In this document: in pieces, positions 37,794 through 48,359 of the stretch | Layout: each line of letters begins with the position of its first letter | Numbering within the stretch: the first letter of the stretch is position 1 | From: an uncultured Clostridia bacterium | GTDB lineage: Bacteria; Bacillota; Clostridia; Christensenellales; CAG-917 | Direction of reading: 5' to 3' | DNA: 64,000 bases | Assembly (NCBI GenBank): GCA_944363035.1 | Contig: CALVTS010000005.1 | Span: forward strand, 12,016-76,015 | The notes under the pieces: model-generated | The model's input: only the letters and a program-made list of their open reading frames with translations | Database searches by the model: none | What the model was told of the DNA's origin: nothing | Made by a program: the position numbers and the translations under genes

Positions 37794-39143
37794 ATGAGAT
37801 ACAAGATCCTCACCTACGGTTGCCAGATGAACGTCCACGAGTCCGAAAAGATAGCCGGGCTCCTCGACGGTATGGGCGGCGTCCCCGCCGAAGAGGGGGA
37901 GAGCGCGGACGTCATCGTCTTCAACACCTGCTGTATCCGCGACAATGCGGAGCGCAGGGCTCTCGGCAACATCGGGGTGGTCAAAGGAGAAAAGAAAAAG
38001 CATCCCGACCTCATCATCGCGGTCTGCGGATGCATGACCCAGCAAGAGGGTGCGGCTGCCGTCATCAGGGAAAGATACCCCTATGTGGACATCGTCCTCG
38101 GCACCCGCAACATCTTCCTTTTGCCGCAGGAGATAGATAAGGTGAAAGCGGCGCGCGCCGCCATCAAAAAGCGCTCCGACAAGCGATATCGAGCCTTCGA
38201 GACCGCCTATCCCGAGGAATATCTCTCCCTCGACGAGAGGACTCCCGTCACGCGAACCAGCTTCCCCAACGCGTGGGTGAACATCATTTACGGGTGCAAC
38301 AATTTCTGCACTTACTGCATCGTTCCCTATGTCAGAGGGCGGGAGCTTTCCCGCCCGATGTCCTCCGTCCTTGACGAGGTGAAAAAGGCGGTGGACGAGG
38401 GCTACGGCGAAGTGACCCTCCTCGGGCAAAACGTCAATTCCTACGGGCACGACCTGACGGGAGGGGAGAGCTTCGAAAAGCTACTGCGCGCGATAGACGG
38501 GATAGAGGGGAAATTCCGCGTGCGTTTCATGACCTCCCACCCCAAGGATCTGACCGACGGAGTGATAGACGCCATGGCGAGCTCGGACAAGATATGCTCC
38601 AACATCCATCTTCCCGTGCAATCGGGGTCGGACAAGGTGCTGAAAGACATGAACCGCCGCTACACGCGCGAAAGATACCTTTCCCTCATAGAAAAGCTCC
38701 GCGCCGCGATGCCCGATATCGGCATCACCACGGACGTCATGGTGGGATTCCCGACCGAGACGGAGGAAGATTTCCTGGCGACGACGGAACTTGTGAAGAC
38801 CGTGCGTTTCTCAAATGCCTTCACGTTCGTTTATTCTCCGAGAAAGGGCACTCCCGCCGCCGAGATGCCGCAGATCCCGTACGCGGTGAAACGCAGACGG
38901 ATAGGGGAGCTCATCAAATTGCAGAATTCCGTCACCAAAGAGCTTTCCGAGGATTATGTCGGGAATGTGTACGAAGTGCTTGCCGAGGACGTATCGCCCA
39001 AACACGAGGGTATGCTGTGCGGCAGGACGGAGAGCGGCAGGCTCGCCACCTTCCCCGCGTCCGCGGAAAGGATAGGGGAGTTTCTGAAAGTCAGGGTGAC
39101 GGAGGCGCGTTCCGCCTCACTCTTCGGGCGGTTGGAGGATTGA
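37794..39143 (+). CDS. miaB: tRNA-2-methylthio-N6-dimethylallyladenosine synthase
   Basis: TYGCQMN, CNNFCTYC radical-SAM motif, TRAM domain. Confidence 0.97.
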   Translation: MRYKILTYGCQMNVHESEKIAGLLDGMGGVPAEEGESADVIVFNTCCIRDNAERRALGNIGVVKGEKKKHPDLIIAVCGCMTQQEGAAAVIRERYPYVDIVLGTRNIFLLPQEIDKVKAARAAIKKRSDKRYRAFETAYPEEYLSLDERTPVTRTSFPNAWVNIIYGCNNFCTYCIVPYVRGRELSRPMSSVLDEVKKAVDEGYGEVTLLGQNVNSYGHDLTGGESFEKLLRAIDGIEGKFRVRFMTSHPKDLTDGVIDAMASSDKICSNIHLPVQSGSDKVLKDMNRRYTRERYLSLIEKLRAAMPDIGITTDVMVGFPTETEEDFLATTELVKTVRFSNAFTFVYSPRKGTPAAEMPQIPYAVKRRRIGELIKLQNSVTKELSEDYVGNVYEVLAEDVSPKHEGMLCGRTESGRLATFPASAERIGEFLKVRVTEARSASLFGRLED

Positions 39144-39144
39144 T

Positions 39145-41781
39145 ATGGAAGTGGATGTGAAAAAACTTTCCCCCATGATGCAACGCTATTTCGAGATAAA
39201 GGCGAATTATCCCGACTGTCTCCTGTTTTTCAGACTCGGCGACTTTTACGAGATGTTCTTCGACGACGCCGAGACCGCCTCAAAGGTGCTGGATCTCGTG
39301 CTCACCGGGAGAGACTGCGGACTGAAAGACAGACGCGCGCCCATGTGCGGAGTGCCTCATCACTCGGTGGACAATTACATCCGCCGCCTCATAGACGCGG
39401 GATACCGCGTCGCCATATGCGAACAGCTCACCGACCCCGCCACCTCCAAAGGGATGCTGGAACGCGACGTCGTGCGCGTGGTCACCCCCGGCACCGTCAT
39501 CGAGGAGGACATCCTGGACGAAAAAAACACCAATTATCTTGCGTCCGTATGTCTTTCCGGGGAGGCTTTCGGGCTGGCGTGGAGCGACATCAGCACGGGG
39601 GAGTTCTATCTCATCGAATATGCGGGGGAGGATTGGCGCACCGCGCTTTCGGACCTTCTCTCATCGGTGACGCCCTCCGAATGCGTCTGCAACGAGGAAT
39701 TTGAGTCCGCATGGCGCTCTGTCCCTTATTTTTCCGCTTCGGGGCTGAGACCGCATTGCTATCACGATTTCGCCTATCGTTTCCGTACGGCGGAACGAAA
39801 ACTCACCGAGCTTCTCAAAGTAACCTCTCTCGCGGCTTTCGAATGCGAGGACAAACAACTCGCGGTATCGGCGGCAGGGGGGCTGGCTGAATATCTTTCC
39901 CAGACCCAGAAAAGGGAGCTCGCCCAGCTGAACTCCGTCACATATCTGCACGACGGCTCCTTCATGCTCCTCGACGCCGCGACGCGCAGGAATCTCGAAC
40001 TCACCGCTCGCGCGCGCGACGGCAAAAAGACGGGATCTTTGCTGGGAGTCCTCGACCGTACTCGCACGGCTATGGGCGCGCGCACTCTGCGCGCGTGGCT
40101 CGAAAGACCTCTCCTGGACGAGAAACTCATCAACGCCAGACTTGACGCCGTGAACGCCCTCTCTTTGAACAGAGCCCTCCGAGAAAAACTCTCCGCGCTC
40201 CTCGGCAAAGCGCACGACCTTGAACGGCTCTCGGCAAGAATAGCCTACGGCAATCCTTCTCCTGCGGCGTTGGTGGCGGTCTCAGACACCCTCAACGTCC
40301 TCCCGGACATCCTCAAAACGCTCGGGGAAGTGAAAGATCCCTTGTTGAAAAAGATAGCTTCCTCCATACATCCTCTTCCCGAGCTCGCCTCCGTCTACAA
40401 CGCGGCATTGGAGAGGAGCGGCGCAAAACTCGAAAAGGACGGCGGAGGCGGCAACGTCATCGCAAGGGGCTACGACGAGCAACTCGATTCCCTGAGAGAC
40501 ATCAAGACCACGGCTCAACAGTGGCTCACCAACCTCGAAACACGCGAAAGGGAATCTACGGGCATCCGCGGACTGAAAGTCAAATTCAACCGCGTGTTCG
40601 GCTATTACATAGAGGTCTCCAACTCCTTCTTGGACAAAGTGCCGTACCGCTATCAACGCAAACAGACCCTCGTGGGCGGCGAAAGATTCGTCACCGACGA
40701 GCTCAAAGAGATAGAGACCAGGATACTCACCGCGCACGAGGAGGCGAACGCGCTAGAAAACAGGATATTCGAGGAACTGAAAGGCATGGCTATGGACAAG
40801 CTCAAAGCCTTGCAGTCCACGGCGCGGGCTCTCGCCGCGGCGGACGTGCTCCTTTCCTTCGCCGAAGTGGCGGTACGCAACAACTACACCCGTCCCGTCA
40901 TAGGCAAAAAGGTGAAGGCGATAGACATCAAAGAGGGCAGACATCCCGTCGTCGAGACTTTGATGGAGAGCGGCGCGTACGTCCCCAACGACACCCTTCT
41001 GGACAACGACGAAAACCGCACCATCATTCTCACCGGTCCCAATATGGCGGGAAAAAGCACTTATATGCGTCAGGTCGCGCTCATCACGCTCATGGCGCAC
41101 ATCGGCTCTTTCGTGCCCGCAAAGAGCGCCGAGATAACCCTCACCGACCGCATATTCACAAGAATAGGCGCCAGCGACGACCTCTCGGGCGGGCAGTCCA
41201 CCTTTATGGTGGAGATGATAGAAGTCGCCACCATATTGAACTATGCGACATCTTCCTCCCTCTTGGTGCTGGACGAAATAGGCAGAGGGACCTCCACCTA
41301 CGACGGACTCAGCATCGCCTGGGCGGTACTGGAATATATCACCTCCGACATCCGCGCCAAGACGCTTTTCGCCACTCATTTCCATGAGCTCACGGACGCG
41401 GAAAGTTTCGGCGGGGTCAAAAATTACCGCGTCCTCGTCAGCGAGACCAAGGACAGCATTCTCTTCCTCCACAAGATCGCGAGGGGGAGCGCGTCGCAGA
41501 GCTTCGGCGTGGAGGTCGCCTCTCTCGCGGGAGTGAAAAAGTGCGTCATCGAAAGGGCGAAACTCATTATGCGCGAGCTCGAACGCAGGTCGGAAGGACG
41601 GGATTCCAACAGCATACTGCTGGCTTCGGGCGGCGATAGCCGCGCGGTGAAACAGACCAGCCTCTTCGACAAGGAGGAATCCGAAGTGGAAAAAGAACTC
41701 CGCGACATCGACGTCAACTCTCTCACTCCCATTCAGGCGCTCACCGTGCTGAACGACCTCAAAAAGAAATTGGAAGGCTGA
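39145..41781 (+). CDS. mutS: DNA mismatch repair protein MutS
   Basis: GDFYEMFF, TGPNMAGKSTYMRQ, DEIGRGTST, C-terminal QTSLF clamp motif. Confidence 0.98.
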   Translation: MEVDVKKLSPMMQRYFEIKANYPDCLLFFRLGDFYEMFFDDAETASKVLDLVLTGRDCGLKDRRAPMCGVPHHSVDNYIRRLIDAGYRVAICEQLTDPATSKGMLERDVVRVVTPGTVIEEDILDEKNTNYLASVCLSGEAFGLAWSDISTGEFYLIEYAGEDWRTALSDLLSSVTPSECVCNEEFESAWRSVPYFSASGLRPHCYHDFAYRFRTAERKLTELLKVTSLAAFECEDKQLAVSAAGGLAEYLSQTQKRELAQLNSVTYLHDGSFMLLDAATRRNLELTARARDGKKTGSLLGVLDRTRTAMGARTLRAWLERPLLDEKLINARLDAVNALSLNRALREKLSALLGKAHDLERLSARIAYGNPSPAALVAVSDTLNVLPDILKTLGEVKDPLLKKIASSIHPLPELASVYNAALERSGAKLEKDGGGGNVIARGYDEQLDSLRDIKTTAQQWLTNLETRERESTGIRGLKVKFNRVFGYYIEVSNSFLDKVPYRYQRKQTLVGGERFVTDELKEIETRILTAHEEANALENRIFEELKGMAMDKLKALQSTARALAAADVLLSFAEVAVRNNYTRPVIGKKVKAIDIKEGRHPVVETLMESGAYVPNDTLLDNDENRTIILTGPNMAGKSTYMRQVALITLMAHIGSFVPAKSAEITLTDRIFTRIGASDDLSGGQSTFMVEMIEVATILNYATSSSLLVLDEIGRGTSTYDGLSIAWAVLEYITSDIRAKTLFATHFHELTDAESFGGVKNYRVLVSETKDSILFLHKIARGSASQSFGVEVASLAGVKKCVIERAKLIMRELERRSEGRDSNSILLASGGDSRAVKQTSLFDKEESEVEKELRDIDVNSLTPIQALTVLNDLKKKLEG

Positions 41782-41783
41782 AT

Positions 41784-43703
41784 ATGGGCAAGATAAACGT
41801 ACTTCAACCCGGGGTATTCAATATGATCTCGGCAGGCGAGGTGGTGGAAAGACCCGCCTCCGTCGTCAAGGAGCTGGTGGAAAACGCGATCGACGCGGGC
41901 GCGACCGAGATATCCGTCTCTGTGGAAGAGGGCGGGATACGCCGCATCACCGTCTCGGACAACGGCACGGGGATACGCGAAGAGGATCTTCCCACCGCAT
42001 TCCTCCCTCACGCAACCAGCAAACTAAAAGAGATCTCCGACCTCGACACGATATCCACGCTGGGATTCCGCGGCGAGGCGCTCCCTAGCATCGCGTCCGT
42101 ATCCCAGGTGACGATGATCTCCCGCGCGGACGGCAGCGACCGCGCGCACCTCATCCGCCTCGAAGGGGGCAAGATAACGGAAAAACGTGAGGACAGCCGC
42201 GCCAAAGGCACTTCCGTCACCGTCGAAAACCTCTTTTTCAACACTCCCGCGCGCCTCAAATTCCTGAAAAAAGCCTCCGCCGAACAGGGTTATATAGCCG
42301 ACGCCGTGGAAAAGATCGTGCTGGCGAATCCCTCTCTTCGCGTCTCGCTCGCCTCCGAAAAGGGAGTCTTGCTGTCTCATTCGGGCGGAGACCTCGCTGA
42401 CGCCATAGCGTCGGTGTATCCCGGGCTCGACATCTCGAGGTTCGTCAAGGCGGAAAGGACGTCCTCCTCGGGGGTCGTCGTGCGCGGTTACGTCTCGCAG
42501 GTGGACAACACCGCGCCCACACGCTCCCGCCAGACCGTCATCGTCAACGGACGCGTGGTGGAAAACGACACCGTGTCCGCCGCGGTGGACAAGGCGTACC
42601 GCGACTTTTTGGTGAAACGCACTTATCCCATGTACGTGCTGGACATCCTCGTGCCTTTCGAGGAGGTGGACGTCAACGTCCATCCAGCAAAAGCCGAGGT
42701 GCGTTTCCGCAACAAAAACGCCGTGTTCGGGGCGGTGTTCAGAGCCGTTGAGGACGCGATAAAAACCTCCTTCGGCGAGGAAAAATACGGATTTGCGCCT
42801 CGTCCCGATGACGGAACTCCGTCTTATCCCGCGCGTTACGAACAGACCGCGCTTGACACTGCGGCGCTGTATGACGCCGACGCGACCCCCACGCCGTACG
42901 GCGATGTGTTTTCCGAAGAGCCCGCGACGCACAGAGACGTCGCCTTCGATATCTCTTCGCTGAGGATGCACGGCGGAACGCGCTCCGGCGCGCACCGCAA
43001 CGCCTCGGATTCCGCTGTCGGGCTTTTCAGACCGACGGACATCTCAAGATCTGACGAGGCGTTCATACTTGCCTCCACGCAAAACGATGACGAGGATTTA
43101 GCGAATAGTTTGTCAAACAAATTCAGAATCTTCGACGGCGCGGTGGTCGGTCAGGTCTTCGACACCTATCTCATCGTGGAGCGCGCTTCGACCGTCTATA
43201 TCATAGACCAACACGCCGCTCACGAACGCATCCTTTACGACAAACTCTCTCAGTCTCTTTCTGAGGAATATTCCCAGTCCTTGCTCATCCCGCACAAACT
43301 GCGGCTGTCGGGCGAGGAAGCAGAGTACCTCGAAAAGATGATGCCAGCCCTCAATTCAATGGGCTTCTTCATCGAAAAGAAAACGGGAAGTTTCGTCGTA
43401 TACGCCGTGCCCGCGCCCGTGGTACGCATGGATATAAACCGCTTCCTTGCGGAATTGTTCTCGCATATGCAGGACGACGCCGAACTCAAACTCGTTGACC
43501 TCGTGAAGGAGAACGTATGCCGTGACGCCTGCCGCGCCGCGATAAAGGGAGACGAACATCTCACCAAACGACAGATAGAATATGTGCTGTCCAACTTTTT
43601 GGACAAAAACGGCGACCTGCCTCAAAAGTGTCCCCACGGACGCCCCGCCGTCGTCGCGCTCACAAAACGCGACTTCGAAAAGATGTTTTTGAGGATAGTA
43701 TGA
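41784..43703 (+). CDS. mutL: DNA mismatch repair endonuclease MutL
   Basis: GEVVERPASVVKEL, GFRGEAL, DQHAAHER, CPHGRP. Confidence 0.98.
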   Translation: MGKINVLQPGVFNMISAGEVVERPASVVKELVENAIDAGATEISVSVEEGGIRRITVSDNGTGIREEDLPTAFLPHATSKLKEISDLDTISTLGFRGEALPSIASVSQVTMISRADGSDRAHLIRLEGGKITEKREDSRAKGTSVTVENLFFNTPARLKFLKKASAEQGYIADAVEKIVLANPSLRVSLASEKGVLLSHSGGDLADAIASVYPGLDISRFVKAERTSSSGVVVRGYVSQVDNTAPTRSRQTVIVNGRVVENDTVSAAVDKAYRDFLVKRTYPMYVLDILVPFEEVDVNVHPAKAEVRFRNKNAVFGAVFRAVEDAIKTSFGEEKYGFAPRPDDGTPSYPARYEQTALDTAALYDADATPTPYGDVFSEEPATHRDVAFDISSLRMHGGTRSGAHRNASDSAVGLFRPTDISRSDEAFILASTQNDDEDLANSLSNKFRIFDGAVVGQVFDTYLIVERASTVYIIDQHAAHERILYDKLSQSLSEEYSQSLLIPHKLRLSGEEAEYLEKMMPALNSMGFFIEKKTGSFVVYAVPAPVVRMDINRFLAELFSHMQDDAELKLVDLVKENVCRDACRAAIKGDEHLTKRQIEYVLSNFLDKNGDLPQKCPHGRPAVVALTKRDFEKMFLRIV

Positions 43704-44686
43704 ACGCGCGCGAAGACCTCTATCCTTTCCGTGCGCCGAATGCGGTGTTCGTCATGGGCCCCACCGCTTCCGGGAAATCGGACTTTGCCTTCGCCCTCGC
43801 TCTCGAACTCGGCGGTACGGTGATATCGGCGGACAGTATGCAGATATACCGCGGTCTCGATATCGGCACGGCAAAGGAAACTCCCGAACGCCGCGCCGCC
43901 GTGCGCCACGAGATGATAGACGTTGCAGATCTCAACGAGGAATATTCCGTCGCACGCTATCGCGAGGAAAGCGAGCGCGCCGCTCTCGACGCGATAAAAC
44001 GAGGTTCGTTGCCCATATTCGCGGGCGGTACCGGGCTTTATTTCGAAAGTCTGTTTTATCCCTTGAGTTTCGCCGATACGCCGAAGGACGAAGAACTGCG
44101 CGCCCGCCTGAACGAGGAATTAGAGACCTACGGCGCGGAACATATGCTTGAAAAACTGAGGGCTCTCGATCCCGCTGCCGCCGAACATCTGCATCCCAAC
44201 AACACCAGACGGGTCATCCGCGCGATAGAGATAGCGCTCTCGGGAGAAAAAAACATGACGGGCTCCGCAGACGAAAAGCCCGTCCCCGACGTCATCGCGG
44301 TAAAATTCGAGCCCGCAGACCGGGCAGAGCTCTACCGCCGCATAGACCTGCGCACGGACAAAATGATGGACGGCGGTCTCGCGGAAGAGATAGCTTCGCT
44401 CGCCCCCGATTTCACCGAACAGAGTATGCAGGCGATAGGATACAAGGAGTTTGCGCCTTATCGCGACCGCATCAGCAACGGGAAATTCCGACTCACGCAG
44501 GCGGAAACGGAGTTCATACGAGCGCAGATAAAACAACATACGCGCAATTACGCAAAACGCCAGCTCACCTGGTTCCGCCGCTACTCATTCGCAAAAAGTT
44601 TCAACATCGGAGACTTTGAAGGCGCGGCAAATTACGTAAAAAGCCGTCTGAACGAAAGAGGGGAGCGAAAGGGCGAACTATTATAA
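43700..44686 (+). CDS. miaA: tRNA dimethylallyltransferase
   Basis: GPTASGKS, DSMQIYRGLDIGTAK, YAKRQLTWF. Confidence 0.97.
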   Translation: MNAREDLYPFRAPNAVFVMGPTASGKSDFAFALALELGGTVISADSMQIYRGLDIGTAKETPERRAAVRHEMIDVADLNEEYSVARYREESERAALDAIKRGSLPIFAGGTGLYFESLFYPLSFADTPKDEELRARLNEELETYGAEHMLEKLRALDPAAAEHLHPNNTRRVIRAIEIALSGEKNMTGSADEKPVPDVIAVKFEPADRAELYRRIDLRTDKMMDGGLAEEIASLAPDFTEQSMQAIGYKEFAPYRDRISNGKFRLTQAETEFIRAQIKQHTRNYAKRQLTWFRRYSFAKSFNIGDFEGAANYVKSRLNERGERKGELL

Positions 44687-44721
44687 AAATTAGGAAAAAC
44701 GAGAATAGTTGAGGACGTAAG

Positions 44722-45969
44722 ATGAACAGATCGGACGCAGAAAAATTGATTTCGGATTGTATTGCGGAGCTCAAAGAGGAATTTGACGAGCTTGACTCCA
44801 TCGCTCTCCATAATCAGGAAAAGGTGCTCGACGCCTTCCGAAAGAACGCCGTTCAGGCGCGGCATTTCGGCGGGAGCACCGGTTACGGCTATGACGATGC
44901 GGGAAGAGACACCCTCGCTTGCGTGTTCGCGGACGCACTCGGCGCAGAGAGCGCCGTGGTTTCCCCGATGATCACGGCAGGCACCCAGGCACTTTCCCTC
45001 ATGCTGTTCGGCGTACTGCGCCCGGGAGACCTTTTCATCTCCGTCTCGGGAAAACCTTACGACACTTTGACGGATGTGATCTCCGGCGAAAATTGCGGTT
45101 CTTTGAAAGAATTCGGCGTAGATTTCGACGTTATTGACCTAAAATTCGACGGTTTGACCCCGAAATTCGATTTTTCCGCGATAGAGACCGCGCTCACAAC
45201 GCGCAAAGTAAAGGCGATATTCGTCGGACGCAGCCGCGGTTACGAGTGGCGGAGCGCGATCTCGGCGGAAGCCGTCGGTGAGATGATAAAGTTTGTGAAA
45301 AAGCTCTGTCCGGACACCTTGGTGCTCGTGGACAACTGCTATGGCGAATTCGTGGAGCGCATAGAACCCACCGATGTGGGCGCGGATCTCATCGCGGGCT
45401 CCCTCATCAAGAACATCGGCGGCGGGATCGCTCCCACAGGCGGTTATATAGCGGGCAAAAAAGCCTTGGTCGAGCTTGTCGGAAAGCGCCTGACCGCGCC
45501 TTCGCTCGGCACCGAAGTCGGCTCCTACGAAGGCGGATATTCCAAATTTTATCAAGGGCTGTTCCTCGCTCCGCAAGTCGCCAAAAACGCACTGAAAAGT
45601 GCATTTTTGTTCGCCAAAGCCTATCAAAAATGCGGGTTTGACACCTTGCCGAGATCGGGCATGAAAGCCTACGATATCGTCACCAGCATCCGCATGAAGG
45701 ACCCAAAACAGCTCACCGATTTCTGCGAAGCCGTCCAAAGCGTTTCACCCGTGGACAGCAACGTGATTCCCGTGCCGTGGGCGATGCCGGGATATCAGCA
45801 CGACGTCATTATGGCGGCGGGCGCTTTTGTGCAAGGTTCCTCCATCGAACTCAGCGCCGACGCGCCCATCAAAGAGCCTTACATCGTCTATGTGCAAGGC
45901 GCCTTGACCTTTGAACACGCTCGTATCGCCGTGCGCGAGACGCTGATGCGCGTGATGAACAGGGCGTGA
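44722..45969 (+). CDS. ynbB: Methionine gamma-lyase-family / aluminium-resistance protein (YnbB)
   Basis: STGYGYDD.GRD, GKPYDTL, DNCYGEF, GSLIKN.GGG, GSSIELSAD. Confidence 0.9.
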   Translation: MNRSDAEKLISDCIAELKEEFDELDSIALHNQEKVLDAFRKNAVQARHFGGSTGYGYDDAGRDTLACVFADALGAESAVVSPMITAGTQALSLMLFGVLRPGDLFISVSGKPYDTLTDVISGENCGSLKEFGVDFDVIDLKFDGLTPKFDFSAIETALTTRKVKAIFVGRSRGYEWRSAISAEAVGEMIKFVKKLCPDTLVLVDNCYGEFVERIEPTDVGADLIAGSLIKNIGGGIAPTGGYIAGKKALVELVGKRLTAPSLGTEVGSYEGGYSKFYQGLFLAPQVAKNALKSAFLFAKAYQKCGFDTLPRSGMKAYDIVTSIRMKDPKQLTDFCEAVQSVSPVDSNVIPVPWAMPGYQHDVIMAAGAFVQGSSIELSADAPIKEPYIVYVQGALTFEHARIAVRETLMRVMNRA

Positions 45970-46308
45970 TACGTGGCAAAAACTCGCAAAAATCGCGACC
46001 ACGCCTAAAAACTCCGCAAAAACGCGAATTTTCGAAAAGAAGCCGTCGATGATCGAACGGCTTTTTCAAAATTATACGGATATTTTCTAAAACCCTTTGC
46101 TTGCAAAAACCACCAACGCGACCTTTTTCAAAGACCCGTTGCTTGCCGAAAGCGTGACAAGCAATAATACGCGATATAAAATCCGATTTTTGATGAAAGC
46201 ACAAGCTACCAATAATTGACGGTTTATCCAATGTCCTGCGAAAACCGAACCCTCAACACACGATGTTTGCCGAAATCCATTTGCCGAAATCCAAATGTTG
46301 TCACCGGC

Positions 46309-46852
46309 ACAACCGCCACAACGCAACGGTTTAACAAAGCCCAATGTCTGCAAAATAAAACAACCAACCACATCGCGACGATTTACCATGATCCAATGTC
46401 TGCAAAAAAGAACAACCAACCACAACGCAACGGTTTAACAAAGCCCGATATCTGCAAAAAAAGAACAACCAACCACATCGCGACGGTTTACCATGATCCA
46501 ATGTCTGCAAAAAAGAACAGCCAACCACAACGCAACGGTTTAACAAAGCCCAACGTCTGCAAAAAAAGAATAACCGCCACAACGCGGTGGTTTACCAAAG
46601 CCCGATGTCTGCAAAAAAAGAACAACCAACCAAATCGCGACGATTTACCATGATCCAATGTCTGCAAAATAAAACAACCAACCGCATCGCGGCGGTTTAA
46701 CAAAGCCCAACGTCTGCAAAAAAAGAATAACCGCCACAACGCGGTGGTTTACCAAAGCCCGATGTCTGCAAAAAAAGAACAACCAACCAAATCGCGACGA
46801 TTTACCATGATCCAATGTCTGCAAAATAAAACAACCAACCGCATCGCGGCGG
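46309..46852. repeat. Non-coding tandem repeat, about 10.5 units of 51-53 bp
   Basis: Consensus acaaccaaccacatcgcgacggtttaccaaagcccaatgtctgcaaaaaaga; degenerate units extend upstream to about 46090. Confidence 0.95.
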
Positions 46853-47064
46853 ATCATGATCAATGTTAGATAAAAATAACCAAAATGCACAATTTTTCAA
46901 AAACCCACTCAAAACTAGGCTTTCAGCCCCTTTCTATTCGCAAAAGCTGTGTTTTGCGAATAGTATTCCAGGTTCTCTACTCTAGAAATAAAGGCGTGAT
47001 ATCGTCGGAGATTTTAGACATTTCGGGCGGTGATGTGCAAAAAATTGCTCTTCTTGTCTTTATC

Positions 47065-47094
47065 TTTACAAGCGGGGGTATGAAGAGGTATAAT
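47065..47094 (+). promoter_or_regulatory. Sigma-A promoter of the XRE gene (probably leaderless transcript)
   Basis: TTTACA-18 nt-TATAAT ending 6 nt before ATG 47101. Confidence 0.65.
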
Positions 47095-47100
47095 TTGAAT

Positions 47101-47322
47101 ATGGGCTTAGGGGCAAGGATAAAGGAGCTTCGCATCATGAACGCTCTCACTCAGGCGGAACTTGCCGAAAAGGTGGGAGTGAACACGAGCGCGGTATCAT
47201 TGTGGGAAAACGACGTCAACGAACCAAAAGCGAGCTATCTCGCGCGGTTGGCATTGGTGTTTTCCGTCTCGGCGGACTACCTCCTCGGCATAGAGGACGA
47301 AGCAGGCAGCCGACTGATGTGA
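47101..47322 (+). CDS. XRE-family HTH transcriptional regulator
   Basis: RIKELR..LTQAELAEKVGV..SAVSLWEN...EP...LA..F.VSADYLLG. Confidence 0.9.
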   Translation: MGLGARIKELRIMNALTQAELAEKVGVNTSAVSLWENDVNEPKASYLARLALVFSVSADYLLGIEDEAGSRLM

Positions 47323-47340
47323 CCTGCGGCATTTTTATGA

Positions 47341-47366
47341 AAAGAGCGCCCATAAAGGCGCTCTTT
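47341..47366. terminator. Intrinsic terminator
   Basis: aaagagcgcc-cataaa-ggcgctcttt between convergent genes. Confidence 0.75.
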
Positions 47367-47453
47367 CGCATATTATCCCGCATTTTATCGGGAAGTAGCT
47401 TTGATGGGGATCGCGGCTCATACCGAGTCGCGGGCTCCCCTCCCGACTCAAAT

Positions 47454-48359
47454 TCATGCGTTTGAGGCTTTGTTTTTCAATGAGAGTTCGGACTTCCAGA
47501 TATCGCGCATCACGGCGGCGTCCTCCGCCTGCGTGCCGGCGGATTCCGAAAGGATGTGGGGCGTGAGCCCGTATTTGACTATCACCTCGGCGAATGGCTC
47601 GAAGCGAGGACCGTACACATCGTCGGCGAAAGTGAGGTGGCGTATCTCCCCTTTTGCGCCGTACTGTATCTTGGAGAAATGCACCTGCATATTGCGCGTC
47701 TTTTTTTCGCCCAGACCGTCCAGGAGTTTGCGGACGATGAGTTCAAAATCCCCCGCCTCCTTCAAAGAGCCGCCGTACAGAGCGTTGATGTGTCCGAGAT
47801 CCACGCAGGGATACACGTTATCTCCCAGTTTGCAAAGTTCGATGACTTCCTCCACCGTGCCTATCTGCGCCTGTTTGCCCATGGTCTCGGGACAAAGGAT
47901 GAGGGAGTGGAACGCGTTCTCTTCCGCCACGAGATCCAGCGTGCGGCGGAACATATCCTTAGTGCGCGCAAACGCCGCCTCGCGGGAGTCCTTCCCCTGC
48001 GCGCCCACATGGAAAACGCACCTTTCCCCGCCGAAGCATTTGAGGATCTTGAGGGATGACAGTATGTAATTTACGGAATTTTGCGCTTTTTCGGGTTCGG
48101 GAGAGGCAAAATTGATGAAATACGGCGCGTGTACGCTCATTTCTATGCCGTACTCATCGCATTTCGCGCCTATCTCCGCCGCGGAAGATGAGGATATCCT
48201 GACCCCCCTTCCGAAGGAATACTCGAATATATCCAGTCCGCGAGCGGCGAGCCACGCGGGCATATCCATGGTGGAAACGTGTCCTTCGGCGGCGTAACTC
48301 TCCGAGTGCCCGGAGGGTCCGAACAATGGACGGACGCCGGAAAATTCGTTCAAGCTCAT
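47454..48359 (-). CDS. nfo: Endonuclease IV-like TIM-barrel AP endonuclease
   Basis: SVHAPYFIN, FH.G, PETMGK, D.GH, HFS, ES metal-binding motifs. Confidence 0.85.
   Translation of the reverse strand: MSLNEFSGVRPLFGPSGHSESYAAEGHVSTMDMPAWLAARGLDIFEYSFGRGVRISSSSAAEIGAKCDEYGIEMSVHAPYFINFASPEPEKAQNSVNYILSSLKILKCFGGERCVFHVGAQGKDSREAAFARTKDMFRRTLDLVAEENAFHSLILCPETMGKQAQIGTVEEVIELCKLGDNVYPCVDLGHINALYGGSLKEAGDFELIVRKLLDGLGEKKTRNMQVHFSKIQYGAKGEIRHLTFADDVYGPRFEPFAEVIVKYGLTPHILSESAGTQAEDAAVMRDIWKSELSLKNKASNA

Noticed and set aside
46309-46852. CRISPR array
   Set aside because: Units are similar along their whole length with no unique spacers, the variable parts recur, and there are no cas genes in the window.
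46087-46890. Short ORFs across the satellite
   Set aside because: Unit lengths of 51-53 bp shift the frame constantly; these are translation artefacts of the repeat.
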